DNA of 43,853 nt from Octopus bimaculoides (GCF_001194135.2 NC_068991.1:52053400-52097252), one strand, 5' to 3'. Positions 1-11,828 are shown, numbered from the stretch's first letter. Made by a program: numbers and translations. The notes: a model not told the origin generated them from the sequence alone.

Positions 1-567
1 GAAGAGCGTTCTGTGAGCACTTTAGGGTTGGTAGACATGATCCCGTATCTACTCGAAACACGATTTTGTTATGGATTACCAGACCAGCTTCAGAGCTAGT
101 GGTTCAACATTGAAACGAAAATCAACCGGCAGACCTCGGATTGCCAGAACTCCGGGAAATGTGGCAGCGGTAAGAGCTTACATTTTCTACAACGTTCTGC
201 ACGGAAACACACCGCTGCTCTTAGGCTTCCGATAGAAGTTTACGAAGAATTCTTCATAAGGAAATGCAAATGCATCCATGCAAAAGGGTTTTGGCACAAA
301 AATTCAGCGAAAAAGACTTTGAAACTCGCAAAGCATTGTGTTTGGAAATTCAACATATCCTCGTGCAGCTCTTGTGTTGATCAGTGACGAGGCCCATTTT
401 CACCCGTGTAGCAGTATGAATAAGTAAAACTTCCGATACAACCCTCGTGAGCTGCACGAACGCTCCTTGCATTGTCCTCGGGTGAACGTATGGTGTGCGG
501 TAGTAGAATTCGGTATTTGGGGTCCTTACTTCTTCGAAAAAGACAATGTGATTTTATGGCCACCCTG
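1..567 (+). mobile_element. Tc1/mariner (maT/DD37D-like) transposon relic, internally deleted, runs off the window at its 5' end
   Basis: Frameshifted translation gives RAFCEHFRVGRHDPV...FRASGSTLKRKSTGRPRIARTPGNVAAVR...RSARKH...RRILHKEMQMHPCK...SDEAHFH...NK*NFRY..NPRELHERSLHCPRVNVWCAVVEFGIWGPYFFE (HTH plus first catalytic D motif). It ends in a TIR-like TTTTATGGCCACCCTG followed by TA (568-569). Confidence 0.9.
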
Positions 568-796
568 TATATATGCATACATATGTATGTACATACTGAC
601 AAAGACAGTACTTCGTTTTGCAACCATAATATACCATCAAGATGTAAATTAATGATGAAGTAAAATAAATTGAGGATAAAAAATATATCCATAGAAATAT
701 CGGTACAAAGTAATGGTGGGAATCGGTGTTGGAAGAAGCCAGATCCAAAGACATATCAGATGAAGAAAAGAGTTCTATGTTGGAAACACTACAGTA

Positions 797-1130
797 AGAT
801 ATACACATAATATACACACATACATTCTTGCACACATCTATTCAGGTGCGCATGCATACACATTCGTACATAGGCATATATACATGCAAGTACATAAATG
901 CATATAGACAATGTGCACACACATATGCACACATACACAAATGTACATATATATATACGTGCATGTATAATTTTTCTTGTGTGTTTATCTATGTACATAA
1001 GTGTTTTTATATGCATGTGATCGTGTGTACACATGAGTATGCATGTACATATGCGCGCATGTGCATATATCTAGACGTCTAGATATGTACACACGAATGT
1101 ATGTACATAACGTGTGAAAATTTATATATA
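797..1130. repeat. Decayed alternating purine-pyrimidine (TA/CA/TG) low-complexity tract
   Basis: Direct reading; includes a perfect 20-bp palindrome ATATCTAGACGTCTAGATAT at 1067-1086. Confidence 0.85.
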
Positions 1131-1306
1131 TTCTTTTACTTTCTTTTACTTATTTCAGTCATTTGACTGCGGCCATGCTGGAGCACCGCCTTAAAGGGGT
1201 TTTGGTCGAAAAAATCGCCCCCAGGACTTATTCTTTGTAAGCCTAATACTTATTTTATCGTCTGTTTTGCCGAACCGCTAAGTTGCAGGGACATAAGCAC
1301 ACCGAC
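1131..1306 (-). mobile_element. SINE family A (octopus tRNA-derived SINE), 3' half
   Basis: Reverse complement of the block GAACCGCTAAG...GAATAAGTCCTGGGG...GGCGGTGCTCCAGCATGGCCGCAGTCAAATGACTGAAA..(AAAAG)n also seen at 19.7, 26.4, 33.0 and 42.3 kb. Confidence 0.9.
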
Positions 1307-1337
<31 letters not shown>

Positions 1338-1947
1338 TATATANNNNNNNNNNNNNNNNNNNNNNNNNNNNNNNNNNNNNNNNNNNNNNNNNNNNNNNNN
1401 NNNNNNNNNNNNNNNNNNNNNNNNNNNNNNNNNNNNNNNNNNNNNNNNNNNNNNNNNNNNNNNNNNNNNNNNNNNNNNNNNNNNNNNNNNNNNNNNNNNN
1501 NNNNNNNNNNNNNNNNNNNNNNNNNNNNNNNNNNNNNNNNNNNNNNNNNNNNNNNNNNNNNNNNNNNNNNNNNNNNNNNNNNNNNNNNNNNNNNNNNNNN
1601 NNNNNNNNNNNNNNNNNNNNNNNNNNNNNNNNNNNNNNNNNNNNNNNNNNNNNNNNNNNNNNNNNNNNNNNNNNNNNNNNNNNNNNNNNNNNNNNNNNNN
1701 NNNNNNNNNNNNNNNNNNNNNNNNNNNNNNNNNNNNNNNNNNNNNNNNNNNNNNNNNNNNNNNNNNNNNNNNNNNNNNNNNNNNNNNNNNNNNNNNNNNN
1801 NNNNNNNNNNNNNNNNNNNNNNNNNNNNNNNNNNNNNNNNNNNNNNNNNNNNNNNNNNNNNNNNNNNNNNNNNNNNNNNNNNNNNNNNNNNNNNNNNNGC
1901 GTGTGTAATATATACTTGGTTTATAAAATCGTTCGGATAATTTGCAG

Positions 1948-2034
1948 ATAATGGCCACAAGTAAAGATAGAAAAATGTGCGCGGAAAAATACGTTGGGAG
2001 ATTTCCCAGTCAGATTCGAGTGTATTCTATTGAG
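1948..2034 (+). CDS. Candidate coding exon (IMATSKDRKMCAEKYVGRFPSQIRVYSIE), product unknown
   Basis: Acceptor TAATTTGCAG| and donor GAG|GTAAGC; 87 nt, only one frame open (phase 0-0). No homology recognised. Confidence 0.3.
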
Positions 2035-2581
2035 GTAAGCCAAGAGAGAGAGAGAGCTATCCACTTGCTCAGAGAGACAGCGAGAGTGATAAAGGAAAAA
2101 CCTAACTAACAAAAAATTAGAAGACGAGAAAACAGTTTTGACTTACGTTTAAATAGCTAATAAGCTTGGTAGTATACTTCCCTCTCATTGGTCAAAACAA
2201 CATACATTACAAAATGACGAAATGCTAAAATGACGCTCGGGGAATGAGATTGCATTAGCACCTCCTAGGTTGCTGGAAAGGCAACAGTTAATAAGGGTCA
2301 ACATAAAATACTAGATATCGAAAGCCAAGTGACAATGGAAAATTCCTAACAGAAATGAATAATATAAATAATAAATCGACCAAGGGGCCGACAGATAATA
2401 CCACATACGCATTCACAATGTGCAGCTGCGAGATTTGCAGGTTTCATCGCCCATTCGTGTGCATAATAAAAATGGATCTGCGAGACATGTTTTCACGCAA
2501 GTGAGTCTCTAAGGAATTAAAATATCGTATCTTTTCCCGTAAATGATTTTCCAACATGTGAAATAATGAAACTACTTTATT

Positions 2582-2624
<43 letters not shown>

Positions 2625-2625
2625 A

Positions 2626-2656
<31 letters not shown>

Positions 2657-2670
2657 ATCATTATTATTAT
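2582..2670. repeat. (GT)n followed by (ATT)n microsatellites
   Basis: Direct reading. Confidence 0.95.
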
Positions 2671-3144
2671 TGAGTGAGAGAGCAGTGCATGCCACCAAAA
2701 TGACATTGGGGTAAAATATGCGAAGCCCCAGTATACACATCATGACTACCAGTTTGATAAGGATACACCAGGCACGTGCATCACAACCATATGTGCGCAA
2801 CGTGGTAACCTCATATCAAAATAAACAGCACATAACCTTGCAGGTGGGGCCCAGCTAAAATTTTCTTCAAGGTCGAGTAGCGCATCCCACTCAAAAGGTC
2901 TCTCAATAAGCGTTGCTTAAAGATATTCTTATTAGTTCGCCCAGGCATACCGATTCTAATAACCCCGTATTAGAACTCAATATACATATGCTTCAGAATG
3001 ACTCGTCAGTCGGGTGCTGAGTAGCCATACGGTGCAGAAACAGCCGTAAGTTAATAAAGGTAATGACATAATTTGTTATTCGCTTATCATTTTAGTTTCT
3101 TATATATACATGCATGCATACACACATATGTATGTACGTATGTC

Positions 3145-3221
<77 letters not shown>

Positions 3222-4231
3222 TATGTATGTGTGTGTATGTATNNNNNNNNNNNNNNNNNNNNNNNNNNNNNNNNNNNNNNNNNNNNNNNNNNNNNNNNNN
3301 NNNNNNNNNNNNNNNNNNNNNNNNNNNNNNNNNNNNNNNNNNNNNNNNNNNNNNNNNNNNNNNNNNNNNNNNNNNNNNNNNNNNNNNNNNNNNNNNNNNN
3401 NNNNNNNNNNNNNNNNNNNNNNNNNNNNNNNNNNNNNNNNNNNNNNNNNNNNNNNNNNNNNNNNNNNNNNNNNNNNNNNNNNNNNNNNNNNNNNNNNNNN
3501 NNNNNNNNNNNNNNNNNNNNNNNNNNNNNNNNNNNNNNNNNNNNNNNNNNNNNNNNNNNNNNNNNNNNNNNNNNNNNNNNNNNNNNNNNNNNNNNNNNNN
3601 NNNNNNNNNNNNNNNNNNNNNNNNNNNNNNNNNNNNNNNNNNNNNNNNNNNNNNNNNNNNNNNNNNNNNNNNNNNNNNNNNNNNNNNNNNNNNNNNNNNN
3701 NNNNNNNNNNNNNNNNNNNNNNNNNNNNNNNNNNNNNNNNNNNNNNNNNNNNNNNNNNNNNNNNNNNNNGCGCGCAAAAATAAAGCACAATTGAATATGT
3801 AATAATCCCACTTGAGTGAAAGGAAATACAATGAAATTACTTGTAGCAGGGTGATAGAGTAAAATATATATATATGCTTAAATGAGTTCAAATATTGAAA
3901 GGATATATCATAATTGAAAAGAAAAACAGAAAATAAAACGAGATGACTTAGTAGGATATATAATATTTTCAACTTTAAATGGTGGTTTAGAGGCATAATT
4001 TTCGTGAGCTTTTGGTCTTTAGTACAGAATGAGGTAATATGTGTGGCACAGAAATTGATTTAAGGTCATAAAGAATTAAATTGATTGGTCAGACGGCTGA
4101 GGTCATGATTAGGGATGTTAAATATTTGGTTTATCAAGGAAGGGGTGGACATAATTCAATATCAAGTAGTTATGATTAGCTTAGGTCCCACTTCCCTTAT
4201 ATCATGGATATGGACACACTGTAACACAATA

Positions 4232-4452
4232 CATTGGTTTCAAATTTTGACACAAGGCCAGCAATATCGGAGGAGCGGGTAAGTCAATTACATCGACTTT
4301 AGTACTTGCTTGATACTTATTATTTATCGACCCCGAAAGGATGAAAAGCAAAGTCGATTTCGGTGCAATCTGAAATCAGAATGTGAAGACGGACGAAATG
4401 CCGCCATGCATCTTGCCCGGCGTGCGAACGATTCTGCCAGCTTGCCGCCTTA
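4232..4452 (-). mobile_element. SINE family B (tRNA-like head plus Meta/MESC-like central block)
   Basis: Reverse complement of TAAGGCGGC..GCTGGCAGAATCGTT...CTTTCATCCTTTCGGGGTCGATAAA...GGCCTTGTGTCAAAATTTGAAACC; matches the copies at 14.45, 30.84 and 32.29 kb. The domain name is from memory. Confidence 0.88.
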
Positions 4453-5788
4453 ACTATAACACAAAATATTGAAAATAAGTGTTCTTTAATTCAGCGGGTC
4501 TTGTAATTCTAAAAACGGCCTCGGAGAAGTGGGTAATGTAGTTTGTATCTTAACCATGATAGTTTAATCTCAATAATTCTAATTCAATATTTAAAAAAGT
4601 ATTACATCAGTACGTTTTGCTGTGTAACAACAGCTGCAGTTAAGAATGTAAACTTAGATTTAACACTAATCATATGCACTCTATGTAACAGCTTTGATTT
4701 TGCATTGTTTTACATTTCAATAAAAAAAAAATTCCGCATTTTACATTTTGGAGCCAAAGTGGGAGCCCTACGCAATCGTTCTACTTGTTAGGTATAGCAT
4801 TCAAATCGTCTTTAAATCACTCTTAACAGTGTTAAAAAAGTTACGTGGCTCTAGCTTTCCTGCATTCTCGGAAAACATAGGATGAAAGAGTTATGACTAA
4901 TATCAGTGTTGTAATGGGAACAATCAATAACAGAGCCTGAATGTGGTCGCAGCCTGGGCTATTTGGTACACTTCGAATACGAGTTATATTTACAAATGAA
5001 AATTTTGTGAAAAATAACGTCAAAGTTGTAAGAAAAGACACTATGAAAGTGAAAGTAGAAATTTTAAGCCGGATGGGAGTAATACTTTTTATTCGCCGTT
5101 AAATGAAGTAAACACTTATACTTCATTTGTTACGGACCTCTCAATAGTTGTATTTCTTTTGATATGTATCTCTCAATAGTTGTGCTTCATTTATGGAAAT
5201 AATTTCAAATCTTACTATTTGAAATGCCACAGAGAAGTAAATCAAAACCTATTCATGTGATTATCCACCAAAATCAAAATCAAGTTAACTACGAAAATCA
5301 TCCCTATTCAGTTGACAACAACTGAAATTAGATTTGTTTTGTCATGGAATATTGCTCGTTTTAAATTCCCATTTTGTAATGACTTTCCAGAGTACTTTTT
5401 TTTTTACTTAATGAATTAACCAGGAACTCTCAACTTGTTACTCTAAGAGGGAGATAAACTTGTTTCTTTGCCTTACCCAGGCAAGTTTCTATTTCTTTTA
5501 ATAAAGCAATTTCTTTTTTACGACACATGCTGTCAAGAAACTCGGCAACTTTTTCCTAATCTCAGCAAGAAAGTAGATACATTGCCTGATATTGGAAAAA
5601 AAAAGACTGCAAACTAGAAAACTACAAAGATAAATTACAAAGCCTACTTAATAATTTCTTAGTTAGATTTGATGATTTGAAGTAGCTGAAGCGCTGCTTC
5701 ACTTTCGAAATCCATTCATATTTGATGTGATCGATGATATTTTCCAGCTTTTGAATCTACAGATATTGTACAGAATTATCTTTTGTAG

Positions 5789-5820
5789 AAAGGGAACAAA
5801 TGGCCTGACAGGGAGACCTG
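5789..5820 (+). CDS. Candidate 32-nt exon (KGNKWPDRET- or -KGTNGLTGRP-)
   Basis: CTTTTGTAG| acceptor and CTG|GTAAGT consensus donor; two of three frames open. Confidence 0.25.
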
Positions 5821-6013
5821 GTAAGTCGATCCACAAATACCAGTCTACAATTGAGTTCTGGAGACAAATTTCAAAAATAAAATATCCTGAATTGAAAGGA
5901 AACTAGTGTGAAGTTCATTTCAGTTTTTAGTTCAACATACTTCTGTGAATTAGTGTGTGCTGTAATGAAGTGTATGAAGTAGAAACATCGCGCAATTTTC
6001 ATAAGTAAACGTC

Positions 6014-6140
6014 TGACAGAGCTAATTAGTACAGCCTTGACAGTATGTCGGCCGAATTTTCAACAACTGACAGCCAAGATGGAGAACCACAAGACCTTTA
6101 CTAGCGGTAAATAACGGCTTTAATTGCATGGTAATTGTAG
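6014..6140. promoter_or_regulatory. Candidate enhancer: three TGACAG (TALE/Meis-type) sites with TAATTA/TAATTG homeodomain sites
   Basis: TGACAG at 6014, 6038 and 6068; TAATTA at 6023; TAATTG at 6121 and 6132. The sequence is non-repetitive. Confidence 0.25.
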
Positions 6141-6662
6141 CATTGTCTGTTAGTCATAAAAATATTATGACAAGATTGTAATTATGTGATGAAAATATTT
6201 TTAATGTTATTGATTATTTTTCTTACATATTTCCTTCCGTTTTCAGCAGGTATTCTCACTAAAACGAATGAATATCAGTACAAATATTTCAATTTTATTT
6301 TTCATTTTTTAGATTTACTTTTGGCATACCACAAAAAAGCAGATTTGCATGTTTTTCTTAGATGTTCTCGTAATATGTTATCATATTAAACATGTTCCAT
6401 ATAGTAAAAACATTTATCGGTCAATGTTTTGAGAAAAATTGCTATATATGTGCATTTGCTAAAATTAGTATAAATCAGGTAGTTAAAAACTACTTACTTG
6501 AATAAATGTTACTGTATGCACATGAAACTTATCTGAGAATTTTGTAATAGTTTATGTAGCTATAAAAATAAGTGCGTAGATTTTGTTCAAATCTTGCTGT
6601 TCTCAGACAATTGGCGCTTGCATGAAGCACTTGTACAAAGCTAATTTGGCGTTCCTTGATTT

Positions 6663-6717
<55 letters not shown>

Positions 6718-7038
6718 TCAGTGGAGGGGCACTGCTAAGTACAACGGTCTACTAAATCACCAAACCAGAAGCCGACTGAATAATGATTAATCTACGTAGA
6801 CCTCTAACTCATACAGTGGTGGTCGTAGTCAAACAGTACACACAAGATTATATATATTATTCTTTAATAAGAGTAGTATTGGCAGTAACTTTGAAGCTTC
6901 GGCCAGCAAATTCATCATCAACAGCACAAAAATGTAAAATTATTTATATTGTTATTCCATAAAAACAAGTATTAACATATATACACGCATGCACACGCAA
7001 ATACATATATGTATACACACGCGCGCGCGCGCACACAC

Positions 7039-7082
<44 letters not shown>

Positions 7083-7487
7083 GTGCGGAATAGTTTTATA
7101 GAACATCTATTTGATATATATATATAGCGTTCATACACACATAATTTTTCTCATCTGGCCGTAAAGCCTTTTCTGTTTGTTTTCCTGTCTTGTTTTTTGT
7201 CCGCCACTACATCCCTCCATGGCAAGATTTAATTTGTGTATACAAATTTAATTTGCGGTCCATGGGAAGAGCCGTTTTAACGATGCGTCCTGCCCAGCTC
7301 TTCGAAACGCCGGTGTTAAAACGGGAGTAGCTGATGAAGTAGAATGTTCTCTATGTGGCTTGTGTATTTTCTCGTCTACATTTTGTTTGCAATGTCCTGT
7401 ACCCAGATATGCACCTATACATACAGGTGGATGTCGGTATGCACATACCTGTACGTATATATGCATATACTCATTTACGATTTGTTT

Positions 7488-7530
<43 letters not shown>

Positions 7531-7649
7531 CATATCTATACACACATACATGCATACATACATACATACAGAGACACGTATATATGCGTATGCATACATG
7601 TATATGTAATGTATTCTATACATACATTGTTTATTCTCTCTCTGTTTAT

Positions 7650-7783
7650 TTCTTCGTGTTCCTTTCTGTTGAAAAGCTTAAGCTTGAAACGTAAAAGACA
7701 TTCTCACCTCTCCGAGCGTCAGACTAATACACCTGCTTGTTGTTTATACACCTGCCTTCGTCTTTTTTTTTGTATATATCAAC

Positions 7784-7790
<7 letters not shown>
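7650..7790 (+). mobile_element. About 140-bp mini-element (Penelope-terminus-like) between microsatellites
   Basis: Second copy at about 19420-19563 (GTTCCTTTCTGT.GAA.AGC..A.GCT..AAACGT.AAAGAC...CTAATACA.CTG.TTGTTG..TACA.CACCTG.CTTCGTCTTTT). Confidence 0.7.
7662..7697 (+). ncRNA. Minimal type-I hammerhead-ribozyme-like motif (A6U core variant)
   Basis: CUUU-CUGUUGA-A-AAGC(uuaa)GCUU-GAAAC-GUA-AAAG: stem I CUUU/AAAG, stem II AAGC/GCUU, palindromic ACGU stem III. Confidence 0.5.
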
Positions 7791-7816
<26 letters not shown>

Positions 7817-7832
7817 GCATGTATGTATATAC

Positions 7833-7872
<40 letters not shown>

Positions 7873-8077
7873 NNNNNNNNNNNNNNNNNNNNNNNNNNNN
7901 NNNNNNNNNNNNNNNNNNNNNNNNNNNNNNNNNNNNNNNNNNNNNNNNNNNNNNNNNNNNNNNNNNNNNNNNNNNNNNNNNNNNNNNNNNNNNNNNNNNN
8001 NNNNNNNNNNNNNNNNNNNNNNNNNNNNNNNNNNNNNNNNNNNNNNNNNNNNNNNNNNNNNNNNNNNNNNNNNNNNN

Positions 8078-8118
<41 letters not shown>

Positions 8119-8315
8119 TACAAATTTGGGATTTTACCAATAGAGCCGCAACTCCTATTTCAGGATAATTTTATTGTATAGAATACACATAGAAAGTTAT
8201 ATCCAATAAAATAATATAACCATTTAAATAACCTACTATAAAATACAATAAAATTATTTGAAAAATATATATATAACTTACCTGTTATTAGTCTGTGGGT
8301 AAAGAAGATATTTTT

Positions 8316-8406
8316 AATCAACGCTACTCGTGTTTCTGTGCTAGTGGGGTATTTATCAAGGCTATACCTAATACATAAATCCACCAGTGCGTCCTCAGGT
8401 TATTAT
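8316..8406 (-). ncRNA. Degenerate hammerhead-like motif with long stem II
   Basis: Minus strand CUGAGGA-[imperfect hairpin of about 55 nt]-GAAAC-acga-GUA; stem I (AAUAAC/GUUGAUU) is offset by 2 nt. Confidence 0.3.
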
Positions 8407-9260
8407 CTTATTGTTATTATTATTAACGGATCGAAGTTAAAAATACATATTATAAGTCATATTAAATAGAAAAATAAGAATATGAATAACAATATAATAA
8501 AGAATATATAAATTACAAATATATTATTAAAAATTAAAAAATTAAGAAAATTTTAAAAATTAAAAAATTAAACACCTAAAATTACATTACCGATATATAT
8601 AGAAAAACCTAAGAAAGCCCTCAACAACTATATTATAAACACATCGAATTCTACAATCTATCTATATAAATATTGCGGGAATTAATAATTTAGTGTAAGA
8701 GTTACCCCTATCTATACAAGTATAAATTGCCATTTTTTATGTCAAACGTAAGTTAATAGTATTTAAAAAGATTATTTAGTAAAAGCCAATATAAACGTTA
8801 TAAATTCATTGAATAAAACTAATGAAAATATCTAGTAAAAAAAATTAACTAAGGAAGAATACTTATCGACATAATGTTTACTTTTTCTCGTTCCTGTGCA
8901 AATGGCTGCTCCTTCTGTCATGCGCTAAGCATTATGGGAATAACATAAATAAAATAAAATTCTCCGAAAAATTCTCTAAGACTAATAATATTAGAGAGGT
9001 TGAATTCAAGAGAAGATAATAACGAGACACTCTTAAATCTAGCTGTACCTGGATTTTTTTATAGTGTTTAAGATTTAGAGATTTATGTTAGATTAAATGT
9101 GGCCTATCTATTCCTTTTAAAGTAATATTCTTTAATAAATTCTTTGTTCCTGGTATATCGTATCTAATACTACGATAAAATTCTATTACAACTACATTTA
9201 ATAATCTTCCTCATAATTGTTTAAGAGATTACATACTGGGTGGGTGGAGTTATAATTTTA

Positions 9261-10126
9261 CTAGCAGAAATATCCAGCGTTGCCTAGATTAAAGAAAATA
9301 ATGAAATTCGAAAATGCCTTTTAGATCTCTAACATGACACATGGATTATGCAGTTCTCAACAGTAATTAGCTGAGGTACAAACTATTAATGTCAATAACA
9401 TATTTTGTCCAATGTTCTCACTGTTAAAATTGTTAAAAGAAAACAGGTAGTTCTTTGTCTTTGCCATCACCTTCAATTGTCAGTACTTATTTGAAACACA
9501 TTGAACCTGAAAATGCATAAACTTGAGAAGAACCAGCCTGCAGGCACTCCTCTCTTGTTAAAAAGTACATCAACTCCATGCAAAATACATTTAAATGAGC
9601 ATTCATTATAACGGCATTCCCACATACATTCTTTTCAAGTTATTTCGATGTTACACTCGCTTGCCCTAAGCCTTATTGCACGCAAATGGAGAAAACGTTC
9701 ACTGCGTATATATCGATCGCTGTACGCCAGCGTCTAACAGCTTTGGCTTTTTAATGCACAAAAAATTGAAATTATTTTTTTCTGTGCCTCTGATTAAAAT
9801 TTTCGAAAAACAAACCCAGCCACATTACTTGGAAAAAAATAATCTTTATTGTGCTGGTTTTTCGTAAAATTTCGCGCATGGGAAAGGCAACAAAATCGCC
9901 CCTCCCCACTTTGAATGGGATATTCCTATCTTAAAAAGTAATAATCGATTATCTCAGTAACCATGGGAGTTGGAGGGCAATAAAAATCTCCTGAACATGA
10001 GCGGACCATGCTGCCGCTCTGTGCTGAATTTCACGCGATTCCACTGCAGCGTTCTCGAGTGAATCTGCCGACACTCAATCAATCAAGCAAGCAAGCAATC
10101 AAGAACACTGCAATTTATAGTATAGA
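9261..10126 (-). mobile_element. Non-autonomous Helitron (866 bp), both termini present
   Basis: Minus strand starts A|TCTATACTATAAATTGCAGTGTTC(TTGA/TTGC)n and ends with the decayed hairpin TCTAGGCAACGCTGGA + TATTTCTG-CTAG|T; inserted at an AT dinucleotide with no TSD. Confidence 0.8.
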
Positions 10127-10416
10127 TAAGTTAATCTTATGTCGGCATTTTTTCCTCTCTCTCTTCAATACTGTTCAGTAATACCTCTCTCGACTGGACT
10201 ATTTTCATAAATTCTCTTGTGCATAATAAGCACATTTCATTACCTATTCTATATGACTTCGCTCTACATATGATATTCCAATTAAGGGTGTTTTCTATTT
10301 TATTAGATTTCAACTCCCATATGTATTTACTTAGACCTGTCGAATTTATTAATTTGGGATTTTTGAAGGACTGATAATGCTGGGAAATTCTTCTTTTAAT
10401 TTCGTTATATATTTAT

Positions 10417-10969
10417 AAAGGATGGGGCAGAAACGACGGACGTTTCTGAAATGGCTATTACTCAGCCCCAGCAGGGAGAGACATATGTCCGACAGGTACC
10501 ATTCGGTCTGTGGTGTCTTAGCACTTTTTTTTCTTTTCAGGTGAAGCCATGGCACTGTGTACGATAGAGTATCGCGTGTTTGCCTACGACAGTTACGCGT
10601 CAGATAAGCTTCTATACAGAATCCAAATCGTTCTGCTCGGAAGCATTCCCCTGAACTTAGCATCAGTAATCGATCGGTAACGGCGTATTTTGCGTGAAGA
10701 CTTGCATTTCCACCTATACAAATTGGTCATTGGGCAATAGTTGAAATCATGGGACTATGCACAGAGCAATGCTGGAGAAAGTGGAGGCCAACTTTCAAGA
10801 ACGCCTTCAAAAATGCATCAATGAAAACGGGCACCACATGATGGATGTTGTCTTCCACATTTCATTTTGATAAATGCTAATACGAACACACTGATGTCAA
10901 TAAAATTTGTTTGCAGCTAAAATTAATGATTTTGTGAATTTTTCGAAAATGTCCGTCCTCTCTGCACTC
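10417..10969 (+). mobile_element. Internally deleted maT/DD37D-like mariner (about 550 bp) with both TIRs
   Basis: TIRs GGGCAGAAACGACGGACGTTTCTGAAA (about 10425-10451) and its imperfect inverse at 10941-10969; transposase remnants MALCTIEYRVFAYDSY, NPNRSARKH, RILREDLHFHLYKL and AMLEKVEANFQERLQKCINENGHHMMDVVFH. Confidence 0.85.
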
Positions 10970-11772
10970 TCTCTCTCTCTCTCTCTATATATATATNNNN
11001 NNNNNNNNNNNNNNNNNNNNNNNNNNNNNNNNNNNNNNNNNNNNNNNNNNNNNNNNNNNNNNNNNNNNNNNNNNNNNNNNNNNNNNNNNNNNNNNNNNNN
11101 NNNNNNNNNNNNNNNNNNNNNNNNNNNNNNNNNNNNNNNNNNNNNNNNNNNNNNNNNNNNNNNNNNNNNNNNNNNNNNNNNNNNNNNNNNNNNNNNNNNN
11201 NNNNNNNNNNNNNNNNNNNNNNNNNNNNNNNNNNNNNNNNNNNNNNNNNNNNNNNNNNNNNNNNNNNNNNNNNNNNNNNNNNNNNNNNNNNNNNNNNNNN
11301 NNNNNNNNNNNNNNNNNNNNNNNNNNNNNNNNNNNNNNNNNNNNNNNNNNNNNNNNNNNNNNNNNNNNNNNNNNNNNNNNNNNNNNNNNNNNNNNNNNNN
11401 NNNNNNNNNNNNNNNNNNNNNNNNNNNNNNNNNNNNNNNNNNNNNNNNNNNNNNNNNNNNNNNNNNNNNNNNNNNNNNNNNNNNNNNNNNNNNNNNNNNN
11501 NNNNNNNNNNNNNNNNNNNNNNNNNNNNNNNNNNNNNNNNNNNNNNNNNNNNNNNNNNNNNNNNNNNNNNNNNNNNNNNNNNNNNNNNNNNNNNNNNNNN
11601 NNNNNNNNNNNNNNNNNNNNNNNNNNNNNNNNNNNNNNNNNNNNNNNNNNNNNNNNNNNNNNNNNNNNNNNNNNNNNNNNNNNNNNNNNNNNNNNNNNNN
11701 NNNNNNNNNNNNNNNNNNNNNNNNNNNNNNNNNNNNNNNNNNNNNNNNNNNNNNNNNNNNNNNNNNNNNNNN

Positions 11773-11828
<56 letters not shown>

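Noticed and set aside
5789-5820. Collagen-like reading GTNGLTGRPG
   Set aside because: Only three Gly-X-Y triplets, atypical exon phase, and no further Gly-X-Y exons in the window.
8460-8870. Very AT-rich block resembling mitochondrial DNA (NUMT)
   Set aside because: No recognisable mitochondrial gene, rRNA or tRNA motif on either strand.
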